64,000 nucleotides of DNA from Felis catus. Its lineage: Eukaryota. A model generated the notes under the pieces. It was not told the DNA's origin, made no database searches, and saw only the letters and a list, made by a program, of their open reading frames with translations. Position numbers and translations under genes: made by a program. Where the stretch lies: positions 94,304,001 through 94,368,000 of the forward strand of contig NC_058368.1 in NCBI RefSeq assembly GCF_018350175.1, given 5' to 3'. This document shows positions 1-12,549 of the stretch, piece by piece. Numbering within the stretch: the stretch's first letter is position 1; each line of letters starts with the position of its first letter.

Positions 1-667
1 GGAGCTGAGGTTATGAAGAGCTTGCGAAGGTTGACGATGGAGTGCACTCTCTAGCTGGAGAGCTACTGTTTTGTCGATTGACACTGTCCATAATATGCTC
101 CAGGCTAGGTGGGGGGAAAAATGGAAGTCTTTCTTGAAAAAAAAAAAAAAAAAAAAAAAGAAATGCACTATACTGAAAGTACATTTTTCACAAAGGACAC
201 TCGGGACTCTAGCAAGATTAGTGAAACGAAGGAAGGCCAGGTAACCCTGTCTGATTTTAAAATCAAACATTTCCTTTCAGATAATATATATTCAGTGCAA
301 AGACCTGATGTGTCAATTAATGGTGAAAAGAAATGCTCTTCCGGGCTCCTAATGCAATAATTTATAGGGTTCTAATTATACTATTAAACTCAAATCTAGG
401 CGTGCGCATGAATGAGCCTACTGGTTAGGGAAACATTTTCTGTGCTGTGCAGGGCACTTGGCATGCTTTGTGAACAACGCAAATTGAGTAGGAATGAAAA
501 TAAATGTGAGGGACGGGAGAAATGCAAGTCTAGATTCATTCTCATTATAAATGGACCCAGGGAAGAGTTCAAATTCAATGTTCTTAAAGGCGTAAATTTA
601 TGAAAGACTGCTCTTTGCATCAATGTATGTGTGTCTATTTTAAATTTACTTGTGCCGCCTAAGGTCT

Positions 668-683
668 CACTTTGTAAGTTTTT

Positions 684-737
<54 letters not shown>

Positions 738-940
738 CACCAGTTGGGGAGGGGCACAGAGAGAGAGAGAGAGAGAGGGAGAGGGAGAATCCCAAGCAGA
801 CTCCATGTCAACAGCTCAGAGATCAGGAGTCTGAAGCTTAACCTTCAGTGCCACTGAGGTGCCCCATAAGGTCTAATTTTGTTTTTTTAAGTTTATTTTT
901 TTGAGAGAGAGAGGGAGAGAGATAGCACCAGATGGTAAGG

Positions 941-990
<50 letters not shown>

Positions 991-1065
991 CCCAGCAGAC
1001 TCTATGCTATCAGCTCAAAGATCGGAAGTCTGAAGCTTCACCTTCAGAGCCACTGAGGTGCCCCA
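668..1065 (-). mobile_element. Two tandem copies of an internally deleted Can-SINE
   Basis: Each unit has a (GA)n tract, gaatccc(a)agcagactc and a ...ccactgaggtgcccc head; units are bounded by three copies of TAAGGTCT (660, 867, 1066). Confidence 0.85.
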
Positions 1066-1613
1066 TAAGGTCTTATTTTAAACATCCCTGGTTAAACTGA
1101 TTATACTGCAAGTATTCTAACAATGTTGTTAGGAAATAAAAATGACAGTTCAATCCCCATTGTTCAAAAAAAGGTAGAAGGCACTCCAGAACACAACCTT
1201 TGGTGATATATGTTGCTGAGAGGTGGTTAGCTGGGGACAGAGTACATTGTACAGTTTTTATTGTTTACTCAAAATTATTTTTTTTATTCTTGTCAATGTT
1301 TTCTATTGGGTCTCTTAATTGCTTCATTTCAGCTATCCTAATCTACATTCACTGGCTCTTCTTCTGGACTTTCAAAGACTTCTAGAATCTACCTAATATA
1401 CCCATATTCACACATTCATATTCATTGCCTCTCTTCTCTAAACCTTCCCGCAAACTCACAATTTCATTGGTCACTTCTGTGCGGATGCCTCCCACATCTC
1501 CCTAATTTTACATACTGAGAGCAATCTCTATTTAACATCTTTTGGCATCTAAAATGCAAGATATTTGGAACTCCTTCCAAGCAAGCTTTTCAACTCCTGG
1601 AGTTTCTACTTCT

Positions 1614-1829
1614 TTTCTTCTTCTTCTTCTTTTTTTTTTTTTTTTAAGTTTTTATTTATTTATTTTGAGATAGAGAGTGATGGAGGGGCAGAGAGAGAAG
1701 GAGAGAGAGAATCCCAAGCAGGCTCAGCACTGCCAGCACAGAGCCCTATGTGGGGCTCAAGCCATAAGACCTAACCTGAGCCGAAACCAAGAGTCAGATG
1801 CTTAACCGACTGAGCCACATAGGTGCCCC
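1614..1829 (-). mobile_element. Can-SINE
   Basis: Typical body with a T-tract; TSD TGGAGTTTCTA at 1598 and 1830. Confidence 0.9.
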
Positions 1830-2785
1830 TGGAGTTTCTATTTCTGCAGTGAGGCTACCTTGACTCAAAAGCCACATCCACCACTGCCTACCCTTTCTTT
1901 GCTTCATTCTGAAATCCTTCAACCCAATGCCAAATTTTGTACCTCCATATATTTTGTGATTTCCTGCTTTTCTATTCTTAACTGCTACTGCACTTGCTCA
2001 AGCTGAATAATTTTGGCTGGATAATTGTACTGACCTCCTAAACTGTATTCCTTAGTTCCAGCTCCGCCCCCACCCCTCATGCCTTGTCAAAGCTTTTCTT
2101 CACAGCCACCAGATTCATTATCCTAAGGCAACAACTAAGGATGTTGTTTCCCAGATACTTTCAATAACTCTTATTTCCAACACATATGGTTTGTCAGGCT
2201 GGCATTCAAAGTTCTACACCTTTGGTTCTAAATAACGTTTTTCATCTTTCACCTTTTGCCATTCTTCCCCCCTCCCCCCCCCCCCAATATATCTTCCAGT
2301 GAAATGGGATTAGTGACTATTTCTGGTGCTTACCCAATCCATTCTTTTGCTTTAGCTTTTCCTTTTGACTAGATTCTAGAAGGCTGTTTCTATGTCCAAA
2401 TCTGAAGGACTTAGCTCAAATGCCTTCCTTCAAATAAGCTGTAGTATTTCTCCCTGAACTGGTACAATAATCAGTATCTTTTTTAGGGCACTTAACTACG
2501 TCAGAGCATGTATCCCAGTTGCTATGTGCATCATCTTAACAGGGAGAACCTTTAGGACAGACTCTGTTTACGTTTTATTTTCATATCCCCCTCGCTGCCC
2601 AGCACACATTGCATTGTGTATGCAGGAATGGCAAAGTTAGGAAAAGCATAGGTAATTGGCTAGGGCAATTGGATTGCTAGTTTTTCTTTAGGGATCCTGG
2701 GGTAGTGAATTCAAATCCAAGAGACTTGTTTCTTTCAAGTATTTTTGGATTCTTTGCAAAGGACACCTGAATTCTTCAAGGGGGT

Positions 2786-2867
2786 GGAGGAGGAGGAAAG
2801 AAGGAGAAGGAAAAAAGAGGAAGAGGGGGAGGAGGAGGAAAGGAGGAGGAGGGGAAGGAGGAGAAAG
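2786..2867 (+). repeat. Pure polypurine (GGA/GAA) low-complexity tract
   Basis: About 80 nt containing only G and A. Confidence 0.9.
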
Positions 2868-3039
2868 TGATTGCCATTACAGGCTCTGTTAACATAAGTA
2901 GAATACCCAGGTCCAGGGATGTAGGTTCACTGCACTTTGCATCGCGAAGGGCAAGGATTATCACATTTTCAGACATTGACATAGGGTAGATATCCAGAGA
3001 AAGGAATACGAATTACTACAGGTCTGGAAATAATGGTCT

Positions 3040-3760
3040 ATCCATCCATTGAACACATTTTTAAAAGCATGTGCTTTTAAAGGCAGGCACTCTTCACAAA
3101 ACTAAGTCTTTGCCCTTACAGGGCTTATGCTCTAATAAGGTTGGGAGGGGGGGAGGTAGACACTGCCGACAAATATAGTATATAGGGAGAAATGGATACA
3201 TAATGTACACAGATATATAATGGAGAAAAATAAGGCAGAAGCGGGGTGGGATGTGCTGAGGAATTGTCATTTTAGGGGAGTTTAGGGGAACACTTCTTGA
3301 TGAAGTGGTATGTCAGCCGGGACTGAAGGAAGTCAGACTGCAGGTGTCTGGGGGGTTTCCAGGTAGAGGAAACAGTTAAGTGCATAAGCCCTGGGAGGAA
3401 ACACTAAGTGTTTGAAGAACATGGATGTGGGTGGCAGGGTGTGGAAGTAGGGAGAACAATGGAAGCCATTCAGGGATTTTGGCCAGAGAGCAAGCAAATC
3501 AAGGGAAGCCAATTAGCTGGCTATTAACAGCAATGGGAGTGAGAGATAACTGTGGGCTGTGGCCAGAGCAGAGGCAGAAGTGGAGAAATGGTTGCACCAA
3601 TGACACGTTTTGAAGGTAAAGCTGTCAGGATTTGCAGAGATTTGGAAGTGGGTTGTTCAAGAGGGATCGAGAATGAGTCTCACTGGAAGGAATAGATGTG
3701 CTATTGACTAAGAGAAGATTTAGGAGGACTGGGGGTGGGGATGTGGAAAAAGACAATCTT
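3040..3760 (-). mobile_element. Degenerate L2 LINE fragment
   Basis: Resembles the antisense L2 3' region (gactgaaggaag...ggtagaggaaacag...ttttgaaggtaaagctgtcaggatttgc). Confidence 0.6.
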
Positions 3761-5047
3761 CAGAGATCTAGATACTAAAACTGGGAACAAACAGTTGGAG
3801 GAGGCAGGGAGGACCACAGAAGACAGGTTTCTAAGGAACTGAGCATTGTCAAAATGAATAGGGCCTTCTTTGTGGCAACCACGACAGGCGATCAACTTAA
3901 GCTTCCAGTGTATCTGCTAGGAGGACACAGAAGGAACTGTGGATTTATAACCTGAGATTTTACCCACTCATAAACATACATGGTTTACTTTTCATTATTA
4001 TGAAAGAAAACAGAGGTAAATCTAGTATCTGGTATAAATTCTTTTTGCTTTCCATCATTTCTAAAAATTCAGTGTAAAAATTTTCAAGATTTCAGTTTCC
4101 ATCTAAAAACCTGCCTAATTAGAACAAAAGTGCTGAGAATATAGATCCTGTCTTACTCTAGAGCTGAGGGCTTAATAGGCACTTGGTATGTGAATGAACC
4201 AAGGGAAGGTACAAATAAGAGTTTAGGCTAGGCTTTTGATAGGTTTTGCTTAACTGCTCCTTGAAAATGTAGTGTCCATTCATATTCCGTGCACCAAGAA
4301 TAGGACAGGATTTATTTCCCCACAACTTTGCCAGTACTGACAACTATAGTGCTTTCTGTGATGGCCACTATGATAGGTGACAAGTGGCATCTCATAGTTT
4401 TTATTTGCAAAATAGAGTTTTGCACTTAAGCATCTATATTTTTAATGTTTGAAAATTTTTAACTCCAGTATAGTTAACATACAGTGTAATATTAGTTTCA
4501 GGTGTACAACATAGTGATTCAACTCTTCCATACATCACTGGATGCTTATCACAAGTGTCCTCCTTAATCCCCATCATCTATTTCATCCACTCCTCCACGT
4601 TGTATTCTTTCTTTTTAATTGCATTTTAAGGGTTTTTTTGCCCATTTTCCAGGTGGTTCTTTTATTCTCATCAATTGAAATCAGTTCTTTATGCATACTG
4701 AGTGTTAAAACCCTACACGTTGCAAATAATTTCCTTTACCTCCCCCCATACAAAAATGTAAAATATATTTCCTTTAATGTTGTTTTGCTAAATTGAATAT
4801 TTTAAAGCCACATTTAAAAAGTTCGTTCACTCAGGCCACTTGGGTGGCTCAGTCAGTTAAGTGCCCGATTCTTGATTTTGACTCAGGTCATGATATCAGG
4901 TTTTGTGGGATAGAGCCCTGCATCAGGCTCTGCGCTGGGCTGTCCATAGAGCCTGCTTAAGATTCTCTCTCCCCCTGCCACTCCCCCACTTGTGCGCATG
5001 CACGGGCTCTCTCTCCCTCTCTCAAAAAAATTCATTCATTCAATATA

Positions 5048-5286
5048 CAGTAAAACCTTGGTTTGCAAGCATAATTTGTTCCAGAAACATGCTTATAATC
5101 CTAACCACTTGTCTATCAAAGCGAATTTCAAGAACCATTGGCTCAGTTGTGATCATGTGACATTTGGCGTTGCGTACTACGTATCGCAAGACATCACTCA
5201 TTTATCAAGTTAAAATTTATTAGAGACGTCTGCCTGTCTTGCGGAACACTCGCAGAACAAGTGACTCGCAATCCAAAGTTGTATTG
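5048..5286. mobile_element. Tc1/mariner-pogo (Tigger-like) MITE, 239 bp
   Basis: TA on both sides; imperfect 22-bp TIRs CAGTAAAACCTTGGTTTGCAAG and CTCGCAATCCAAAGTTGTATTG. Confidence 0.8.
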
Positions 5287-7129
5287 TATAATCAATTACT
5301 GATTATATATGTATAAGGAAACATACTGAATATTATGCATGGAGACCAAATAAAACACCAAAAAGCATCCCTGTTTTCAGAGACATGACAATCATGAAAG
5401 GTGTTATAATATAACTTATAAGTTGAAAGGTGCTTATAATATAGCATACAGTAAGTGCTGAAAGAGTGGGAGTTTGCTGTGAGTGTTCTTATGAGGGAGA
5501 GTATCCTGAATGATTTAGACAGGCTTTAAGGAAAAGTTAAAATCTGAATTAGGCAGAGAAGTAGGATTTTCAGAGGGGAAGGTGTCAGTATACTTCTAGA
5601 AGTGGACTGCATAAGTAGATGTAGGAAACAAAGCACAAGGCCTGTTCAGGAAACAGTGAGTAGTCCAGTGTGGGTTGGATAATGTAGGGAAAGAGCAAGA
5701 CACCTGCTGAACTATTTTGAATACTTCCACCATGAGGTCTGTAATTGAGTTCCCTACTGCCAGATGCTTACCCATTGTATTATGATCTTTGGAAAATGAA
5801 GAAGGTGCAGGAAAGGGGATTTTCATCTCCATAGTCCTTCAACACCGAGACCCCTCGGGCTCTGGGTTGAGCATGAATGAATCCAGCTGACTAGCGCCAT
5901 ACAATCTAAGGAGCAGTTTGCACTTGGTTTTCTAATCTGATTAGAGTAGTAGATGTTTAAGGTCCCTTAAGGGTTAAAACTTCTACAAAATCATAGATTC
6001 CACGATGTAGCAAATCTTATTTTGACTACAGATAAAATTCTCAGCATACCTTATACCCTAAATGTGGGGGGGCTCATTATGAAATCCTTGGCACTGGGAC
6101 CTCCAAAGACGGAAGCACAATATTCCATTACCATATATGTTGTGTGTGCTGTGGGTCATCTTCGCATAGCAAGGTAAGGCATGAAGTTACTGACATTGAT
6201 TTTCTCATAAAGATGCAAAACTTAAAGTACAACTGGAAGGTTTGGTGCTCCCCGCCCCAGACTCAGTTACAATTAAGGCAGTTTAAACCAGATAATTGTA
6301 AAAATACTTGTGAAGTGTGTTTTAGTTTCTAGCCACTCAATAACTTATGAGATCCAGGCTTGAAAGTTAACTGTTGCAAAGTTAGCACAGAATGACTAAA
6401 TCCTTTGGGCAAGGATTTAAGAGATAATAATGTAAATATGGTTTGAAAAATACGTAAAGCCCCATATACTTTCAAGGTTATTAGGGATGAAAACAAATAA
6501 GGTATGTATATTTAGCTAACCTTAGATTTAATTGTTATTTAGATCAAAAAAGAATAATTAAGTTGATGTCACAAAGTCAAACTCAAGCAGTTTTCAATGC
6601 TGAGGTAGTAAATATTCTATCCGAAACCTCAATGGCAAATTTAATGTAATTTAAACACATTTTTGCTACATACACGCATATAAATATATCCACACCCTTC
6701 AGTAACTATAAGTGGATAAAGCTAGAGAATAGATCTTTTCCATATCCAACTTATTTGACTCAAAAATAATACCCTTCCCAGCTTTCAACATATATATAAA
6801 TTTCTTCCCCAGTCTTACAAGATAAATTTGCATAATTCACCCTGTATTATTCCAGAGCTAACTCCTAGCTATATTAATTTAGTACACAGGGACATCAGTA
6901 TACGGAGACTTAAGAATTCATTCTTGGGCAGAAAAATGAGTACCGAAGAGTGATTGCATCACTGTAAACTGAATTGTTCCTTAGCATACCCTGATGCTAA
7001 CATATGGCAGATCATTAACCATAAAGTACATTGTGGGATTTAAGGGACAGAAGTGCAGTTCAAAGTCTTTTGACAAAATCATAATTACTTTTGAAAATAA
7101 ACACTCAGAATTCTCATCCGTGTATTAGC

Positions 7130-8219
7130 TCCTGTTTGAACATTCCAATCCATTTATTGGAATGCTTTTTTGAAATGCTGCATTACCATTATAGTACAGA
7201 ATGATAAAATACAGAATCTCACCTGTAAGAATTACCAGCCTTACAGCATCAGGAAAAATGGTACTTTTAGTCATAGAATGAAATACACAAAAAACCTAAG
7301 GCTATCCATTATTCTTTGAGCATTTTCAGGGTAGAAAATGGATTATAAAAAACTCAAAGATGTTCCTGGCTTTACTCATTAAATGCTTTTGACATTGTAA
7401 AAATAAGACACAAAATGACACCACAGTTACAACCATTAGGACTCACACTCCTTAAATGATAGGACTGAAGTGCTGTATGACTCAGTTGTCCAGAATTTGT
7501 AAAATTCCTTCCGTTTCCCACTAAAATAATTGTAAACCGCGCACATTCTCTAAAGCAGCCTTCCAGTGTGTCAACATGCCTGCTCTCTTGGCTAGATGTT
7601 TGCTACAAAGTAGCAGGAGACACTTTTTCCCTCCATTATCATCCGGAAAAAATGTAAAACCAAACTGCTGAAATCTTTCTGCCAGCTACGCTGCCACCTA
7701 CTGGACCGTGTGAGATATAAAGCCAGCCAGTCTCTGTTCCTACTTCCTAACACCGTAGGTCTAAATGCCCATAAGAAAAGGCATAACCCATACCTCAAAC
7801 TGAACTTCCCTGAATGCACACAAAAAGAATCCCTTAGTAAACTGCCTTTTACAGTGGAAAAAATCAGCAGAGTGTTCATTCGACAAGTAAACAATTTCAG
7901 TCACTGAGAACTGGTAACGAAGAAGCTTTCTACAGTCTTAGTCTCCTTTTCAACACACTGGAGGCAGATTTGGAGCAAGAGCTGTAGTAATGGGTATACT
8001 CTAAAGTCAATCTCCTATGATGATTTGTGTATTAATACAAATCACATTTTTGTGAGCCCATCTACTCTATGGATTTCCTTAGGCATAAACAGAAGTCATG
8101 GTAGATACATGCTAACTAGATCACATACACAAGTCTCTTGTCACAAGTATCAAAACTTTTTCCAAGGCTGTTTCCTTTGTGAAGATTCATTTGGGTAGCA
8201 AGATCTTTTTCTCTGTACT
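7130..8219 (-). other. ATG12: ATG12 3' UTR (proximal form; may extend further left)
   Basis: AT-rich sequence with no recognisable repeats downstream of the stop codon; AATAAA on the minus strand at 7158-7153. Confidence 0.65.
7153..7158 (-). terminator. Candidate polyadenylation signal of ATG12
   Basis: TTTATT on plus (AATAAA on minus), followed on the minus strand by a GU/U-rich element (tgagtgtttatttt near 7107-7094). Confidence 0.55.
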
Positions 8220-8279
8220 TCATCCCCAGGCCTGAGATTTGCAGTAATGTAGGACCAGTTTACCATCACTGCCAAAACA
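8220..8279 (-). CDS. ATG12: ATG12 coding exon 4 (CFGSDGKLVLHYCKSQAWG*), ending in the Gly used for ATG5 conjugation
   Basis: Acceptor tttttttgtag at 8281-8280 and TGA at 8222-8220. Exon lengths 163+137+63+60 = 423 nt = 140 aa plus stop. Confidence 0.98.
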   Translation of the reverse strand, partial: CFGSDGKLVLHYCKSQAWG

Positions 8280-8625
8280 CTACAAAAAAAAAAAGAAAAA
8301 AAAACAAGGCAGTAAATTAAACTCATTTTTGATATTCCTGGATAAAACTAAGAAAAAAGTTACATGTATTATAAATCTCCTCATACACGTAAGTTATCTA
8401 TAAGACTATTTCTTTCCACAGGTCCAGGTTACTCTCAGACACATATCAGTAATCATAAATATTTAATAAAACCTAGTATTTTAGGCATGGCTGGGCTTGC
8501 ATAGTACCTTGTCCCATCTCTGACTATAAGGTATGTACTGTTTTCCAGTAGTGGTGCTAGTATGCACACTTGAGTGATTAGGACCAGTAACCCCCGTAAG
8601 AATGCGGGATAACAAAGTCATTCTT

Positions 8626-8858
8626 TTTTAAAAAAAATTTTTTTTTCAACGTTTTTTTTTTATTTTTATTTTTGGGACAGAGAGAGACAGAGCATGAACG
8701 GGGGAGGGGCAGAGAGAGAGGGAGACAAAGAATCGGAAACAGGCTCCAGGCTCTGAGCCATCAGCCCAGAGCCCGACACGGGGCTCGAACTCACGGACCG
8801 CGAGATCGTGACCTGGCTGAAGTCGGACGCTTAACCGACTGCGCCACCCAGGCGCCCC
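8626..8858 (-). mobile_element. Young felid SINE (SINEC_Fc-like)
   Basis: CpGs intact; perfect 15-bp TSD AACAAAGTCATTCTT at 8611 and 8859. Confidence 0.95.
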
Positions 8859-9133
8859 AACAAAGTCATTCTTGGGTTGTCTTCCTTTTCAGTGTCTCGG
8901 GAGGCAGATCTGGATTTACTGTACTTCACAGTCATCTTCTGTTTGTATTATGTGTTTCCTAATTCCCCCATCACTATAATTTGAGATCCAACTATGTTCA
9001 AAGTGTTAGATATGACAAGAAAGTAATCTCTCCTTTCACGCCGACTAAGAATGGCCTATCATCTCTTCAAATGTTGTCAGTTAATGATCACATAATATAT
9101 ACAGATGTGCAGACTCCATCAAGAAAACAAAGT

Positions 9134-9790
9134 GCTGGGCGCCTGGTAGGCCCAGTCGGTTAGGTATCCGCCTTCAGCTCAGGTCATGATCTCACAGTGC
9201 TGAGTTCTCAGGCTCCGTGCTGTCAGTGCAGAGCCTGCTTCAGATCCTCTGTCCCCCTCGCTCTTTGCCCCTGTCCCTGTGCACAAGCGCACAGGCCCAC
9301 GTGTGCTCCCTCTTAAAAATAAACAAACTTAAAAAAAAATTATCAGGGGCGCCTGGGTGGCTCAGTCGGTTAAGCATCCGACTTCGGCTCAGGTCGTGAT
9401 CTCGCGGTCCGTGAGTTCGAGCCCCGCGTCGGGCTCTGTGCTGACAGCTCAGAGCCTGGAGCCTGTTTCGGATTCTGTGTCTTCCTCTCTCTGACCCTCC
9501 CCCGTTCATGCTCTGTCTCTCTCTGTCTCAAAAATAAATAAACATAAAAAAAAAAATTAAGGGGTGCCTGGGTGGCTCAGTCGGTTAAACCTCTGACTTC
9601 AGCTCAGGTCATGATCTCGCAGTTCATGAGTTCAAGCCCCACGTTGGGCTCTGTGCTGACAGCTCAGAGCCTGGAGTCTGCTTCAGAGTCTGTGTCTCCC
9701 TCTCTCTCTGCCCCTCCCTTGCTAGTACTCTGTCTCTGTCTCTCTCTTTCTCTCAAAAATAAATAAAGACACGCAAAAAATTAAAAAATA
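9134..9790 (+). mobile_element. Three head-to-tail Can-SINEs in ATG12 intron 3
   Basis: Heads at about 9135, 9346 and 9561, each following the A-tail of the previous element. Confidence 0.92.
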
Positions 9791-9870
9791 TATATGCCAT
9801 GCTTTAAAAAAAGGATTAAAAAATTATTAAAGAAGAAAGAAAGAAAGAAAACAAAGCACTGATGTTTTAC

Positions 9871-9933
9871 CTCATAGAGGGTTCCAACCTCCTGGTCTGG
9901 GGAGGGAGCAAAGGACTGATTCACATAAATAAA
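9871..9933 (-). CDS. ATG12: ATG12 coding exon 3 (63 nt, [21 protein letters not shown])
   Basis: Lies within ORF 9781..9963; strong polypyrimidine acceptor (ttttttcttctctcttgcag) and donor GAG|GTAAAA. Confidence 0.98.
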
Positions 9934-10872
9934 CTGCAAGAGAGAAGAAAAAAGGTGACTCATGTTCAGTGGTATCCTGATTAATCTATACTTTTCTGTG
10001 CTCCAATCAATCAGCTATTTCAAGGTGTCTTCACAAGTGAAAAAAGCTTCCTTAAACTCCTTCTAATACTAATAAGTTAGTCAACCCAATGAAAGCTTTA
10101 TAAAGATCAATCACGTCTTTCCTCTGGGTGAACACACATAACAAAATTTCTGGTACTACCACAGTGGCTCCCAACTTTTTATAACTGAGAAACTTTTAAA
10201 TACTGTCTTTACAAATAGCATTTGAAGGTTTATTCAAGGAATTACTGGAAATACAAATTTTCCCATTTACTCATAATTAAAGACAGGCTTTCTCCTAAGG
10301 AAATTCCACACAGATACAGCCCCAAATGAAGAAATCTAGTATTTGAGCTACTTTGTGCATTTTGGGATGGGAGTATAAATGCCACACATGTTTGGACTTA
10401 AAAACATTTTTTCTTTTTACCTTTATCACCTTTGAAGAATCTCAAAAGTACTGAACATCAGTGGAGTACCACTACTGTTAAGTCACACTTCCAGCCATAC
10501 GAGATTAAAAAAAAAGTAACGTAACTGAAACCTAGTATCCTTACAGCCTGTTCTTTAAAGGATTCACTGTTCAATGCTTCAGTGGTCTGTTCTTACTAAA
10601 ACATTTCTAGTACTTAAAACATTTCTGAAGATAACTGAAACAAAAGGCCTCGGTGTCAAAGTGGGTTTTGATAATTTTCTTTTTAGAAAACAAACAACAA
10701 TATTTGCAGGTAACATATTCAATTTTCCTTTGTAATCAAACTTGAAGACTAAAATTTCCTGGGCTTAGCATAGTCTTAACTGGAAAAAAAAAAGACAACC
10801 AAACATCAGATCCTACGTGGATCACCAGCTATAGCAAGAATAAATGTTCCTTCCATTTCTCCCTTAGGCAAT

Positions 10873-11060
10873 ACAGTGTGGTAACTAAGAACAGAGGCTC
10901 TACAGAGATGGATCTAGGTTTGAATCTTGGCTCCAAATACAAATAACCTTTCTCACCCTGTTTCTTTATCTGCAAATGTGGAAAATAACAGTACTTGTGC
11001 TTCATGGGACTGTTGGAAAAGATAAAATGAGATAAGACACATCACCTATCAGTGCCTGGT
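10873..11060 (+). mobile_element. MIR
   Basis: ggtttgaatcttggctcc B-box-like head and a tttctttatctgcaaatgtggaaaataacagtac core. Confidence 0.75.
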
Positions 11061-11128
11061 ACATATACATGTACATATACATATACATACACATATACAT
11101 GTACACATACATATACACATACACATAC
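11059..11128. repeat. Imperfect (CA/TA)n microsatellite
   Basis: Alternating purine-pyrimidine tract gtacatatacatgtacatatac... Confidence 0.85.
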
Positions 11129-11762
11129 TGTGCTGACAGCACAGAGCCTGCTTGGGATTCTCTCTTTCTCCTTCTCTCTCTACCCCTAACCCTGGCTTGT
11201 GCACTCTCTCTCTCAAAATAAATAAACTTAAAAAAAATTCCACAGAAGTAAAATGTGAAAAATGCAATCTTTTGGGGGCACCTGGGTGGCTCAGTTGGTT
11301 AAGCATCCGACTTTGGCTCCAGTCATGATCTCGCAGTTCATGAGTTCGAGCTCTGCATCAGGCTCCGTGCTCACAGCTTGGAGCCTGGAGCCTGCTTTGG
11401 ATTCTGTGTCTCCCTCTCTCTCTGCTCCTCCCCTGCTTGCACTCTGTCTCTGTCTCTCTCTCAAAAATAAACATTAAAAAAAAAAAAAAAAAACTTAAAA
11501 TGCAATCTTTTGTTAAATGCTACATCTTCAGAAGATACATTTTTTTTCAAGAAACATTTAAGATTGTATTTATTTTATTTGAGAGAGAGAGAGAGAGAGA
11601 GAGAGCACATGAGCACACAGAGGAGGGGGGCAGAGGGACAGAGAGAGAGAATCCCAAGCAGGCTCCATACCCAGCACAGAGTGTGATGCAGAGCCTGGGG
11701 TCATGACCTGAGCTGAAATCAAGAATCAGATGCTCAACTGACTAAGCTGGCCAGATGCCCTG
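11128..11762. mobile_element. Cluster of three Can-SINEs (+, +, -)
   Basis: 5'-truncated plus copy 11128-11238, full plus copy 11275-11495, minus copy about 11560-11762. Confidence 0.88.
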
Positions 11763-12513
11763 GGAAGATTAAAAATTGATTTTGTTTTTAAATCACTAGT
11801 CTTTCAGTGTTAGGAAGTTTTTTTTTCTAGTAGCTTCCGCAGGAAGGGTTAATGGGGACAATTCCAAATTCTTGCACATTGCTAATAGTTTGTGCCTATT
11901 AAAAGTCCATTTTGTTGCATATAAAATCCTTATCTCACATTTTCTTTCTTTGTAACTTTGCTGTCAAAGCTTGATAATAAACTAATTTTCTTTCAAAGTC
12001 ATGTCCTCTTTTTCTCCCCTGTATGTGCAAAGGAGTTTTTTCTTTTAGTTTCAAGTGTAGTACAATCTTACCAGAATGTTTCTTGGGTACTTGTTATTCT
12101 TTGTTGATATTCTCAGGCACTTTTTCACTATGTAGTTTCAAATCTTTTTAAGACATTTTCCTTGGGGCACCTGGGTGGCTCACTCAATTAAGTGTCCGAC
12201 TTTGGCTCAGGTCATGGTCTCATGGGTTCAGGCCCAGTGTCAGGCTCTGTGCCAACAGTTCAAGCCTGAAGATTGCTTTGGATTCTGTTTCTCCCTCTCT
12301 CTCTGTCCCTACCTTGCTCGTGCTCTCTCTCTCAAAAATAAGTAAAAACATTAATAAAAAAATTTATGGTTTCAAATTATTGTTTTGATTTATAGTTTTA
12401 AATTATTTGTTTTGTTCCTTTGCTTTGCTTTCTCAGGGACCCCTGTTAACCATATGTTCACTCTCCTTTGCTCATACTCACCATTTGCCACCTTTTCTTA
12501 TTTTTTTTTTATG

Positions 12514-12549
<36 letters not shown>

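Noticed and set aside
1..600. Possible upstream region of CDO1, the neighbour of ATG12 in human synteny
   Set aside because: No CDO1 coding sequence or CpG island is visible in the window.
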